Source: an uncultured Calditrichota bacterium | GTDB taxonomy: Bacteria; Calditrichota; Calditrichia; JAJRVZ01 | Direction of reading: 5' to 3' | NCBI GenBank assembly: GCA_964489835.1 | Contig: CAZBBC010000001.1 | Coordinates: 71,564 to 135,563 of the forward strand | Length of the DNA: 64,000 nucleotides | In this document: in pieces, positions 54,177 through 63,904 of the stretch | Layout: each line of letters opens with the position of its first letter | Numbering within the stretch: position 1 is the first letter of the stretch | Notes under the pieces: model-generated | The model's input: only the letters and a program-made list of their open reading frames with translations | What the model was told of the DNA's origin: nothing | Databases searched by the model: none | Position numbers and translations under genes: made by a program

Positions 54177-55484
54177 ATGACTCAAATGAAGGAAAAAATC
54201 GCGTCGCTTTTACCAGCATGGCGTGAGAGAGTGGTTCGATTGTTGAAAGAACATGGTGACACTGAAGTGGGGCCGGTGAAAATCAGCCAATTTTATAACG
54301 GCATGCGTGGTGTTAAATGTCTGACAACAGACATATCATATCTTGACCCGTTTGAAGGTATTCGTTTTCGGGGTTTTACAATTCCTGAAACGCTTGAAAA
54401 GTTACCACGTGCCCCGGGGGCAGAAATGCCTTATGTCGAAGGACATCTCTATTTGTTACTGACCGGAGAAATTCCCACCGATGATCAGGTGGAGGAAGTA
54501 AACAAAGATTTACAGAAAAGGGGCAAAGTACCCGGTTATGTATGGGATACACTTCGGGCACTTCCAAAAGATACCCATCCGATGACGATGTTCTCGATTG
54601 CTATAATGGCGTTACAAAAAGAGTCGGTTTTTGTGAAAAAATATAATGAAGGCATGAGTAAATTTGATTATTGGGATCCGATGTATGAAGATGCAATGAA
54701 TCTATTTGCCAAGCTACACACAATGGCCGCTTTTATCTATCGGTATAAGTATAAGGATGGAGACATCATTGAACCGGATTTCAGCATGGATTATGGCAAA
54801 AACTTTGCCCATATGATGGGAGTAGCTACACCCTATGATGAACTCTCCAGACTATATTTTATCCTCCATAGTGACCATGAAAGTGGTAATGTTAGTGCCC
54901 ATACCACTCATTTGGTTGCATCCGCTCTCTCTGACTGCTATTACTCCTTATCGGCCGGTCTGAATGGTTTGGCTGGTCCATTGCATGGTCTTGCCAATCA
55001 GGAGGTTTTGCGGTGGATTCAGGATTTGATGAATAAGATGGGTACAGAGACACCAACCGTTGAGCAAATGAAAAAATTTGTGTGGGATACCTTAAAATCC
55101 GGCCAAGTGATCCCGGGATATGGTCATGCGGTATTGAGAAAAACAGATCCGAGATATGCCGCCCAAAGAGACTTTTCCTTAAAGCACTTGCCTGATGATC
55201 CAATATTTAAAGTAGTAAGTATGTTGTATGATATTGTTCCACCGATTCTTGAGGAACAAGGTAAAGCAAAAAATCCGTGGCCTAATGTTGATGCTCATTC
55301 CGGTGTTATTCAATGGCATTATGGTGTAACAGAATATGATTTCTATACCGTAATGTTTGGTGTAGGACGGGCGATGGGTGTATTACCTAATATTATCTGG
55401 GATCGTGCTTTGGGACAGGCGATTGAAAGACCCAAATCGCTTACTCTTGATATGCTGGAAGAGATAGCCGGAATCAAGAAATAA
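54177..55484 (+). CDS. gltA: citrate synthase, eukaryote/mitochondrial-like type
   Basis: Start moved to ATG 54177 (AAAGGAG upstream). HSDHESGNVSAHTTHLVASALSD and GYGHAVLRKTDPRY ... GKAKNPWPNVDAHSGV ... ERPKS are almost verbatim the mitochondrial citrate synthase active-site blocks as I recall them. Confidence 0.92.
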   Translation: MTQMKEKIASLLPAWRERVVRLLKEHGDTEVGPVKISQFYNGMRGVKCLTTDISYLDPFEGIRFRGFTIPETLEKLPRAPGAEMPYVEGHLYLLLTGEIPTDDQVEEVNKDLQKRGKVPGYVWDTLRALPKDTHPMTMFSIAIMALQKESVFVKKYNEGMSKFDYWDPMYEDAMNLFAKLHTMAAFIYRYKYKDGDIIEPDFSMDYGKNFAHMMGVATPYDELSRLYFILHSDHESGNVSAHTTHLVASALSDCYYSLSAGLNGLAGPLHGLANQEVLRWIQDLMNKMGTETPTVEQMKKFVWDTLKSGQVIPGYGHAVLRKTDPRYAAQRDFSLKHLPDDPIFKVVSMLYDIVPPILEEQGKAKNPWPNVDAHSGVIQWHYGVTEYDFYTVMFGVGRAMGVLPNIIWDRALGQAIERPKSLTLDMLEEIAGIKK

Positions 55485-55502
55485 ATTTATTTTGCTCTTA
55501 TG

Positions 55503-55534
55503 AAAAAGGCGTTTCGATTGTGGAACGCCTTTTC
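55503..55534. terminator. bidirectional rho-independent terminator between convergent gltA and ABC exporter genes
   Basis: AAAGGCGTT (55505-55513) pairs with AACGCCTTT (55524-55532) across a 10-nt loop. It is flanked by an A-run on one side and a T-run on the other. Confidence 0.7.
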
Positions 55535-55539
55535 GTGGT

Positions 55540-57333
55540 TTATGATCGGCTACCAACCAATTCCTGGGCCTGATACTGTAATAAATATAATTGAAAATAC
55601 AACCCCTTTTTCTCGAGTAATTCCTGATGCGTACCGATTTCACGAATGCTTCCTTTATGCAAAACAATAATTTTGTCTACATCCTTTATGGTCGATAAAC
55701 GGTGCGCAATGATCAGTGAAGTCCGGCTTTTCATCAAAGTTTTCAATGCTTTCTGGATCAGAAGTTCTGTTTCTGTATCCACACTGGATGTGGCCTCATC
55801 TAAAATCAGGATCCGTGGATTTACAACCAGCGCCCGGGCGAATGAAATCAGTTGTTTTTGACCCATTGAGAGCATTATTCCGCGTTCTTTCACCACTGTT
55901 TCGTACTGCTGGGGTAGTTTTTCGATAAACGTACTGGCGTTTACTTGCTGTGCGGCCCATTTCACAGTATCCATGGAGATATGATCATTCCCCAGGCGAA
56001 TATTTTCTGCCACAGTTCCGGAAAAAAGAAAGACGTCCTGCAGCACAACAGCCATTTGGCGTCTTAAAGACTTTAAATTCCATTCTAATATTGAAATATC
56101 ATCTACATTTATATCACCCCGTTGAATATCATACTGGCGCCCTAGAATATTAATTAAACTGGTTTTACCGGCGCCAGTATGACCAACAATGGCGACACTT
56201 TCCCCAGGATTAAGGTCAAAAGAGATGTCTTTTAGTACAAACTCTGATTCATTATAGGCAAAATAAACATTTTTAAACGTTATTTTACCCATGATGTTTT
56301 CAATCTGTTGGCCACTCCCTTGTGGACTTTTAATTGACACGGGAGTATCCAGTAAATTGAAAATTCTTTCTGAAGAAGCCATTGCCTGCTGTAAAATATT
56401 ATATTTTTCTGATAAATCACTGATGGGGCGGAAAAACATCTGGGCATATTGGATAAAAGCGACCAACGCACCAAAAGTGGTTAATCCCTCCACCTTAAAA
56501 ACACCACCCCGCCATATAACCAGTGCAATCGCAAAGGCACCAACCAGCTCAATCGCGGGATAAAAAAGAGCAAAATAGAAGACTGTTTTGACGTGTGCCT
56601 TGGTATGCTCGTAATTGACATTTGAAAAAGTCTGAAAATTTTTTTCAACTCTGTTAAAAACCTGTACAATGGACATACCGGTAATGTTTTCCTGGACATA
56701 GGTATTAATTCGAGCGACCCACCTTCGAATACGTCTGAAAGCGTCGCGAACGCGTAAACGAAAAAAAATAGTGATTAAAAACAGGATTGGAATAATGGAC
56801 AATATCCATATTGCCAGTCGCGCATCCAAATATAGTAATGCGCCGATAATGCCTGCCAATAAGAAGATATCTCCAAAAATGGAAACAATACCCTGTGTAA
56901 ACATTTGATTGAGGGCTTCAACATCAGAAGTCACACGTGTCATTAGTCGGCCAACCGGATTTTTATCGAAAAAGGAAAGCGATAATGACTGGATATGACG
57001 AAAAATCTTTGAACGTATATCAAACATTAATTGTTGTCCGAAGTACTGCGTTACAAAGATTTGAGCATACTGGGTGATAAAAATTAATACAAGCGCTATA
57101 AAATATACGATCAAAATAAGGTATAATCCGGAGATCTGTTTTTGCGAAATATATTTGTCAATGGCCAGTTTGGTTAGATACGGTCCGACAAGTTGTAAAA
57201 ATGAGCCCAGTAATGTCAAAAGAACACCAAAAAAGATTAAACGCCTGTAAGGGATGGTATAAACAAGCAATCGCTTCATCAGCCTGGTATCATATGCTTT
57301 TCCGGTAATTTCGTCTTCTTGCATAAATTTCAT
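55540..57333 (-). CDS. ABC transporter, fused permease/ATP-binding exporter (MsbA/type I exporter-like)
   Basis: Six-TM N-terminal domain, then Walker A GHTGAGKTS, signature LSMGQKQ and Walker B ILILDEATS. Start moved to Met 57333 (or 57324); the 37-codon upstream extension in the track has no support. Confidence 0.9.
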   Translation of the reverse strand: MKFMQEDEITGKAYDTRLMKRLLVYTIPYRRLIFFGVLLTLLGSFLQLVGPYLTKLAIDKYISQKQISGLYLILIVYFIALVLIFITQYAQIFVTQYFGQQLMFDIRSKIFRHIQSLSLSFFDKNPVGRLMTRVTSDVEALNQMFTQGIVSIFGDIFLLAGIIGALLYLDARLAIWILSIIPILFLITIFFRLRVRDAFRRIRRWVARINTYVQENITGMSIVQVFNRVEKNFQTFSNVNYEHTKAHVKTVFYFALFYPAIELVGAFAIALVIWRGGVFKVEGLTTFGALVAFIQYAQMFFRPISDLSEKYNILQQAMASSERIFNLLDTPVSIKSPQGSGQQIENIMGKITFKNVYFAYNESEFVLKDISFDLNPGESVAIVGHTGAGKTSLINILGRQYDIQRGDINVDDISILEWNLKSLRRQMAVVLQDVFLFSGTVAENIRLGNDHISMDTVKWAAQQVNASTFIEKLPQQYETVVKERGIMLSMGQKQLISFARALVVNPRILILDEATSSVDTETELLIQKALKTLMKSRTSLIIAHRLSTIKDVDKIIVLHKGSIREIGTHQELLEKKGLYFQLYLLQYQAQELVGSRS

Positions 57334-57691
57334 TTTTCTTTTATATGATTTAAATTTATAAAAAGCAGTAATTATTCCTGTATAACAAAGTAGTATCCGG
57401 TATACTGATAGGCGTAGCGGTAAAAACAAAAATAAATATTGCAAAATAACCCGGATTTTTCTTCTCAGATATTGTCAAAACGTTATAATATGAGTAGTGG
57501 TAAACCAACAAATTGTCCGGCTGAAATATAAATATAACACTATTCAAGATTGAATTCATTTTTATATGATGAAGGTTTAAATCTGCTCCCTTTGATTTTT
57601 TCTAAACATTTATTCATTTTTTTATTAAATTGCCCGTTCAATTCTAAAAAACACTCCCGCATTACAAGATATAATCTCAGGAGAATATTCT

Positions 57692-59038
57692 ATGGATGTT
57701 CAACGTGGTCAATGGAGCTCAAAGTTAGGATTCATCTTTGCTGCTGCAGGATCTGCCATCGGTTTGGGTAATATCTGGCGATTTCCCTATGTGGTTGGGG
57801 AAAACGGAGGAGCAGCTTTTGTTTTGATATATATTGTTTTTGTAATCATCATCGGATTGCCCTATATGATTGCCGAGCTTGCTCTAGGCCGTTCAACACA
57901 TAAAAATCCGGTCGGTGCTATCAGTGCCATTATACCTGGATCAATCTGGCGGTGGGTTGGTGTTCTTGGTGTATTAACCGGTGTGGGTATTCTCTCTTTT
58001 TATGGTGTGATTGCCGGATGGACCTTTGGTTATATTATTAAAATGGCGGTAGGTAAAATTGGCGCCTTTTCTGAATTTGTCTCAAATCCCTGGATCGTTT
58101 TGTTACTCTTTGCTTTTTTTATGTTACTTACTACTCTGATCGTTTATGGAGGTGTTGAAAGAGGAATTGAACGATGGTCTAAAATCCTGATGCCGGTTCT
58201 CTTTGTTTTACTGATCGGATTGATCATATATTCGAATTCCCTGGAGGGGTCCGGTCGTGGATTGACTTTTTATTTACAGCCGGATTTTTCAAAAATTACC
58301 GGTAAAGTCATGCTAGCTGCTTTAGGACAGGCATTTTTTTCATTGAGCCTGGGAATGGGATTGATGATCACTTACGGTAGTTATGTGTCCAGGGAAGACA
58401 ATCTAGTTAGTTCTGCTTTTTATATTGCTTTATTCGATACGATGATTGCTATTATGGCCGGGTTGATTATTTTCCCGGCACTTTTTGCCATGGGGGAAAG
58501 TCCAAGCGCCGGACCTTCGCTCGTGTTTGTTGTATTTCCTAAGCTTTTTACACAGATGCCGGGTGGTTTAGCTGTTGGAACATTTTTCTTCCTGCTACTT
58601 TCAGTCGCAGCACTCACTTCTACCATCTCTCTATTAGAAGTGCCCGTTGCCTATTTGGTGGATGAGAAAAAGGTCAGTCGAAAAAAAATTGTATGGGTGG
58701 TTGCCGCTTTTACCTTCATTGTTGGAATTCCGTCAGCGTTATCTCAAGGTGCCACAGAATTTTTTAGTAATTTCGCTTTATTACCTGAAAGATTAAGTCC
58801 CGTGGATTTTCTCAGTCATATGAGTTTTATTTTTGGAGACTTTTCGTTGGCATTCGGCGCCTTGTTGCTATCATTATTTGTGGGCTGGGTGTGGGGTGGA
58901 TCAAAGGCAGCAAATGAAATCGATACCGGTTCTCCTTTTTTCAGTAGAACCAGGTCTATCTGGATCTTTATGATCCGTTATTTCGTACCGTTGGTTGTAT
59001 TTCTGATATTACTGAATCTATTTGGGATTTTTGACTAA
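57692..59038 (+). CDS. neurotransmitter:sodium symporter (NSS/SNF) family transporter
   Basis: RGQWSSKLGFIFAAAGSAIGLGNIWRFPY is the NSS TM1 signature. 448 aa, about 11-12 TM. Confidence 0.92.
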   Translation: MDVQRGQWSSKLGFIFAAAGSAIGLGNIWRFPYVVGENGGAAFVLIYIVFVIIIGLPYMIAELALGRSTHKNPVGAISAIIPGSIWRWVGVLGVLTGVGILSFYGVIAGWTFGYIIKMAVGKIGAFSEFVSNPWIVLLLFAFFMLLTTLIVYGGVERGIERWSKILMPVLFVLLIGLIIYSNSLEGSGRGLTFYLQPDFSKITGKVMLAALGQAFFSLSLGMGLMITYGSYVSREDNLVSSAFYIALFDTMIAIMAGLIIFPALFAMGESPSAGPSLVFVVFPKLFTQMPGGLAVGTFFFLLLSVAALTSTISLLEVPVAYLVDEKKVSRKKIVWVVAAFTFIVGIPSALSQGATEFFSNFALLPERLSPVDFLSHMSFIFGDFSLAFGALLLSLFVGWVWGGSKAANEIDTGSPFFSRTRSIWIFMIRYFVPLVVFLILLNLFGIFD

Positions 59039-60501
59039 TGGGATTTTTTGATCACTTTCTCTATTGGACGAGAGAATTAGATCTGATTTTCTGGGGTCCC
59101 GGAATGATCACTCTTCTGCTATTAACCGGAGTATTTCTCACCATTCGTACGCGTGGCGTACAATTTACTCATTTTTGGCATTCCCTGAAGCTAATTTTCT
59201 CCAAAGAATCACATTCGGAAGAGGGGCGGGGTGATATTTCCCCTTTTGCTGCGCTCATGACGGCTCTGGCGGCCACGGTCGGTAATGGAAACATCGCAGG
59301 TGTAGCTACTGCCATTGCGATTGGAGGGCCGGGAGCACCGGTATATATGTGGATTGCCGGCATTTTTGGAATGGCAACAAAGTATGCCGAAGGATTTCTT
59401 GGGGTAGAGTATCGTGAAGTCGCCCCCAATGGTACCATGGCAGGTGGACCGATGTATTATGTCAAAAACGGATTAAAAAACAAAAAATTGGGGCGATGGT
59501 TAGGCGGTGCTTTTGCTTTTTTTGGTGCGATTGCCTGTCTGATCGGTACAGGAAATATGGCCCAGTCCAATTCAATGACCGCCTCCCTGGCAAATACCAT
59601 TAACCGTGCGTTTCATGGCGGGGTTGCCGGAGAACAGGCCCCGGCCATCTATTACTTCCTGATCGGGGCCGTGATCGCTGTTATGGTAGGGATGGTCATC
59701 ATCGGTGGAATTAAAAAGATTGGTCACGTATCTGAAAAACTTGTCCCGTCGATGATTGTTTTTTATATCTTTTTTGCCTTGATTATCATTATAGCCAATA
59801 TCGATCAGATACCGGACGCTTTTGTGTTGATTTTTAAGTCAGCATTCGGTCTTCAGCCATTGGTCGGTGCATCGGTTGGATTGGCCATTCAAAATGGTGT
59901 TAGCCGGGGCTTACTTTCCAATGAGGCTGGGCTGGGATCTGCAGCTATTGCCCAGGGAGCTTCCACATCGGATGAACCAACTAAAAATGGTTTAATTGCA
60001 ATGACAGGTGTGTTTATTGATACTATTCTGGTTAATTCGATGACTACCCTGACTATTATATTGACAGGTGCCTATATGCAAACACAAGCCTGGCAGGGTC
60101 TGGGCGCTGCCAATAATATCACCAGCATTCTTGTCACCCAAAAAGCATTTAATTCCGTTATTCCCTATGGTTTGGGTGGAGCAATTATCGCCATTGCATC
60201 TTTTGTTTTTGGCTATACCACCTTGATTGGCTGGTCATATTATGGTGAAAAGTGTATCGAGTATTTTGGTGGAAATAGAGTTATTATGCCCTATCGTTAT
60301 ATATTCATAACAGTTCTTTTCTTTGGGGCTATAATTACACCTATTGCCGGAGTTAGTTTTGACTATCTCAATATTGTATGGTACATTGGGAATATCGGTA
60401 ATGCGCTAATGGCCTTTCCAAATCTAGTGGGGCTTTTATTATTGGCAGGTGTCGTGGCAAAAGTTACCCGACAACGTTTGTTTAATTCAGAAGGGGTATA
60501 A
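59038..60501 (+). CDS. alanine/glycine:cation symporter (AGCS) family transporter
   Basis: FAALMTALAATVGNGNIAGVATAIAIGGPGAPVYMWIAGIFGMATKYAE is the AGCS signature region. The start overlaps the NSS stop (TAATG). Confidence 0.9.
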   Translation: MGFFDHFLYWTRELDLIFWGPGMITLLLLTGVFLTIRTRGVQFTHFWHSLKLIFSKESHSEEGRGDISPFAALMTALAATVGNGNIAGVATAIAIGGPGAPVYMWIAGIFGMATKYAEGFLGVEYREVAPNGTMAGGPMYYVKNGLKNKKLGRWLGGAFAFFGAIACLIGTGNMAQSNSMTASLANTINRAFHGGVAGEQAPAIYYFLIGAVIAVMVGMVIIGGIKKIGHVSEKLVPSMIVFYIFFALIIIIANIDQIPDAFVLIFKSAFGLQPLVGASVGLAIQNGVSRGLLSNEAGLGSAAIAQGASTSDEPTKNGLIAMTGVFIDTILVNSMTTLTIILTGAYMQTQAWQGLGAANNITSILVTQKAFNSVIPYGLGGAIIAIASFVFGYTTLIGWSYYGEKCIEYFGGNRVIMPYRYIFITVLFFGAIITPIAGVSFDYLNIVWYIGNIGNALMAFPNLVGLLLLAGVVAKVTRQRLFNSEGV

Positions 60502-60502
60502 T

Positions 60503-60793
60503 ATGGAAAGCCCAATGTCATTTGTGAAAATGTATTCAACAGACTGGTGTTATGATTGTAAAGCGATGCTTTCTTTTTTTGAAGAAAAGAATGTGGCTTA
60601 TAAAGTCATCCATGTTGATAATAATCCCCAGGCAATGGAAAAGTTAAAACAGCTTTGTGGCGGGAAAAAAATAGTTCCCACCCTGGAAATAGATGGTAAA
60701 ATATATGTCAATCCTTCCATCGATCATATGAAGGCGGTTGTTCATCCCCTTATTAAACCCGATAGCTACTCGCCATCAGAAAAAGATGAGTAA
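60503..60793 (+). CDS. glutaredoxin-like (thioredoxin-fold) small protein
   Basis: Start moved to ATG 60503, 1 nt after the AGCS stop. VKMYSTDWCYDCKAM (CxxC) ... KIVPTLEIDGK fits the glutaredoxin/NrdH-like fold. Confidence 0.75.
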   Translation: MESPMSFVKMYSTDWCYDCKAMLSFFEEKNVAYKVIHVDNNPQAMEKLKQLCGGKKIVPTLEIDGKIYVNPSIDHMKAVVHPLIKPDSYSPSEKDE

Positions 60794-60834
60794 AATATTT
60801 ATTTTAACTCTTGATTCCATAGGCAAATTTTATT

Positions 60835-60867
60835 AAAAAAGGGTATATATATTACACGCCCTTTTTA
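60835..60867 (+). terminator. possible terminator hairpin after the NSS-AGCS-glutaredoxin-like operon
   Basis: AAAAAGGG (60836-60843) pairs with CCCTTTTT (60859-60866) across a 15-nt loop. The stem is weak and A:T-rich. Confidence 0.35.
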
Positions 60868-60878
60868 TTGGAGGAAGT

Positions 60879-61964
60879 ATGCAGATTGGAATCGTTGGGT
60901 TACCGTTCTCCGGAAAATCAACCCTGTTCGAAACTTTATTATCTCATAAAATTCACGAACCGACCGGCAAATTTAAAAATGAACCGGAACGCGGTATTGT
61001 TCAGGTTCCGGATGAAAGGTTATATGACTTAAGTCGGATTTTTAATCCCCCGAAAATAGTACATACAACAATCGAATATATAAAAGTTTCCGGATTGGAA
61101 AAAGAGGGGCACCGGGGATCGGGATTACCTGGCCAGTTTTTATCAAATATGAAAACGGTTGAGCTCATTCTTGTAATGATCAGGGCTTTTGATAATGATG
61201 TCTATCCTCACCCGATGGGAAGTGTTGATCCCCGGAGAGATATCAATTTTATAAACACCGAGTTTCTTTTAAATGATCTGTCGATTGTTGAAAATCGTAT
61301 TGAAAAACTTGAAAAACTGGTAATGAAGACTCAGGCGGAAAAAGACAAAAATGAACTGGAAGTATTAAAAAAGTGCCAGTCTGTTCTTGAGGAAGGGCAT
61401 CCGATTCGTGAACTGGAGCTTACAGAACGTGAGGAACAAATTATCAAGGGTTTTCAGTTTTTGAGTGCAAAACCACTTTTATTTGTTTTAAACATCAATG
61501 AAACAGACATTGATAAAAGTGAGGAACTAATTCAACCATTTCAATCAACCATTGCCAAGAAATGTGCCATTACCGCATTGAGTGCAGAAATAGAGAAAGA
61601 GATCTCTCAATTGGAAGAGGAAGATATCGGAGACTTTCTCGCAGATCTAAATATTTCAGAACCGGCAACAAAAAAACTGATCCGGGTTTCTTACGAATTA
61701 CTCGGCTTGATCTCTTTTTTTACTGTTGCCAGCAATGAATGCCGTGCCTGGACAATTCCCAAGGGTTACACGGCCCAAAAGGCAGCCGGTACCATTCACA
61801 CCGATATGGAAAAGGGATTTATACGGGCGGAAGTCGTGCATTACGAAACTCTTATGACATATGGCAGCTTAAATGCGTGTAAAGAAAATGGACTGCTCAG
61901 ACTAGAAGGTAAAGAATATGTGGTTAAGGATGGTGATACACTAACGATGCGTTTTAATGTCTGA
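60879..61964 (+). CDS. ychF: redox-regulated ATPase YchF (Obg-like GTPase family)
   Basis: P-loop GIVGLPFSGKSTLF, an inserted coiled-coil domain, an NxxE-type G4 (LNINETD) and a C-terminal TGS/DUF933 region (RAWTIPKGYTAQKAAGTIHTDMEKGFIRAEV). Confidence 0.9.
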   Translation: MQIGIVGLPFSGKSTLFETLLSHKIHEPTGKFKNEPERGIVQVPDERLYDLSRIFNPPKIVHTTIEYIKVSGLEKEGHRGSGLPGQFLSNMKTVELILVMIRAFDNDVYPHPMGSVDPRRDINFINTEFLLNDLSIVENRIEKLEKLVMKTQAEKDKNELEVLKKCQSVLEEGHPIRELELTEREEQIIKGFQFLSAKPLLFVLNINETDIDKSEELIQPFQSTIAKKCAITALSAEIEKEISQLEEEDIGDFLADLNISEPATKKLIRVSYELLGLISFFTVASNECRAWTIPKGYTAQKAAGTIHTDMEKGFIRAEVVHYETLMTYGSLNACKENGLLRLEGKEYVVKDGDTLTMRFNV

Positions 61965-63521
61965 TTATTGGGTTAGTTGCTCGTTCAGACCGAATAGATC
62001 AGGTAAAACCTGCAATAGATCAGATGGTAAAAGCGAGGTTAGACCATAAGCAGATCGTAACATTTCGGCCGCTTCACCGTGAATATAATTACCGCAAATG
62101 GCAGCCTCTCCCGGATCCAAACCTCTAACCAATAAACCACCAATGATTCCGGCCAGCACATCCCCACTGCCACCTTTTGCTAAACCGGCATTTCCTGTCG
62201 GATTAACATATATTTGTCCTTTGGGAAAGCCCACCATGGATGGAGCTCCTTTTAAATTAAGATAAAATTTTTTATCCGAAAGAAATGTTTTCAGGCAATG
62301 CCAGGGTTGAGACTGAATTTCTTCTTTATCGAAGGAGGTCAGTCTCAGGAACTCTCCATAGTGGGGAGTGAGTACAAAATTTTTGCCCAGTTCCCTGGTA
62401 ATATCCGGGAACTCCGAAAGTGCGAAAAGAGCATCTGCATCGATAACTGTCGGCTTGTCGGATTTTTTGCAGTATTCAATACTGGCTTGCAACACTTTTA
62501 AAGTTTCTTGGCCTCTTCCACTTCCGGGGCCAAGGATCACACCGTCCGCCCAATCTATTCTGTCTTTAATCCGTGAGAAAGCTTTTTGTGACACCATCCC
62601 CTCTTCGGTCTCAGGTAAAGGTACTGTCAAACCTTCCGTGATTTTAATTTCCAGTACCGGATTCAAACTCTCCGGTATTCCAATATTAACCAATCCCACC
62701 CCGGTACGAAGTGCCGCGGACGCAGCCAAGGCGGCGGCACCGGTCATACCCGGAGACCCGGCAAGAATGAACAATTTTCCGGCCGTATATTTATGAGCGT
62801 CTGCATCAAGGATGGGGAAGTTTAGATCAGAATATTCAACCAAATTTAAGGTTACGTCTTCAGAGTTTTTAACAGAAATTGGCATACCGATATCTGCAAT
62901 TTTTAATTCTCCGATATTCTTTTTTGCAGGATAGAATAAATGGGCATATTTTGGCAGAGCCATCGTGACTGTTAAATCGGCGACAATAGCTGTTCCGGGT
63001 ATTGTTGCTAAATCCCCATTCAGTCCACTGGGCATATCAACAGAAACGATAGGGGCGGAAATTTCATTCAAGAACTCTATTATTTCCTTAATCAGACCCT
63101 TTACCGCCCCTTTGATACCTGTCCCCAGCAAAGCATCAACAATTAGGGTCGGGCAATGATTATTCGATAGCTGATCGACAGAATGGATAACCCTGACGGG
63201 GATTAGATAATTTTTACATATGAGATAATTTGTTTTTGCATCACCAGTCAAATCTCCCGGATCACCAATAGCAAATATCTGAACGTCATATCCATTATTA
63301 AAAAGATGACGGGCGATCACGTAACCATCACCGCCATTGTTTCCTTTTCCACAATATACATCAATGGTACCGTGGATGCCGTTTTCAGACAGAAACTCGC
63401 GAATAAATTCAAAAGTATGCCTACCGGCATTTTCCATCAAAATAATACCGGGCACTTCCAACTCACGGATGGTAAGATCATCCATGGTTCTCATTTGATC
63501 ATTGGATACGATTTTTATCAT
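61965..63521 (-). CDS. nnr: bifunctional NAD(P)H-hydrate repair enzyme Nnr (epimerase + ADP-dependent dehydratase, YjeF)
   Basis: YjeF_N motif CGKGNNGGDGYV and C-terminal carbohydrate-kinase-like domain (HKYTAGKLFILAGSPGMTGAA ... GGSGDVLAG). Confidence 0.92.
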   Translation of the reverse strand: MIKIVSNDQMRTMDDLTIRELEVPGIILMENAGRHTFEFIREFLSENGIHGTIDVYCGKGNNGGDGYVIARHLFNNGYDVQIFAIGDPGDLTGDAKTNYLICKNYLIPVRVIHSVDQLSNNHCPTLIVDALLGTGIKGAVKGLIKEIIEFLNEISAPIVSVDMPSGLNGDLATIPGTAIVADLTVTMALPKYAHLFYPAKKNIGELKIADIGMPISVKNSEDVTLNLVEYSDLNFPILDADAHKYTAGKLFILAGSPGMTGAAALAASAALRTGVGLVNIGIPESLNPVLEIKITEGLTVPLPETEEGMVSQKAFSRIKDRIDWADGVILGPGSGRGQETLKVLQASIEYCKKSDKPTVIDADALFALSEFPDITRELGKNFVLTPHYGEFLRLTSFDKEEIQSQPWHCLKTFLSDKKFYLNLKGAPSMVGFPKGQIYVNPTGNAGLAKGGSGDVLAGIIGGLLVRGLDPGEAAICGNYIHGEAAEMLRSAYGLTSLLPSDLLQVLPDLFGLNEQLTQ

Positions 63522-63904
63522 CTTTTAAATGGGTCTCCCTGAATTATAACAAAAGCAATGGCATTATCGTTGGTATGTGAAAGGGAAAGAAAAACAGTGC
63601 GGCCAGAGACAAGATTTGCCGTTTGCCCGTGAAATTTAAAATAGGGCTTTCCTAAATGGTCATTTTCAACTTCAATTTCTTTCCATTGTAAACCACTGCG
63701 CAATCCGGTTCCCAGGGCTTTTAATAAGGCCTCTTTTGCCGCAAAACGGGCGGCCAGAGAGGTGTGCTTTTCAATCTTTTTTTCACAATACCCGGCTTCC
63801 TGGTCTGTAAAAACTTTCTGAAGAAAGCGCTTTCCGTGTTTTTCTTCAAGACTACGGATTCTGCTCACATCACAGACATCAACGCCGATTGCTACAATTG
63901 ACAT
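63518..63904 (-). CDS. acpS: holo-[acyl-carrier-protein] synthase
   Basis: Start moved to ATG 63904 (MSIVAIGVDVCDVSRI ...). FAAKEALLKALG and the ~128-aa length are canonical AcpS. It overlaps nnr by 4 nt. Confidence 0.9.
   Translation of the reverse strand: MSIVAIGVDVCDVSRIRSLEEKHGKRFLQKVFTDQEAGYCEKKIEKHTSLAARFAAKEALLKALGTGLRSGLQWKEIEVENDHLGKPYFKFHGQTANLVSGRTVFLSLSHTNDNAIAFVIIQGDPFKR

Noticed and set aside
57334-57691. I looked for a glycine or amino-acid riboswitch or T-box in the leader of the NSS/AGCS operon.
   Set aside because: None of the conserved cores I know are present (for example GGAGAG...CACCGAAGGGGCAA for the glycine riboswitch). The region is A/T-rich and unstructured.
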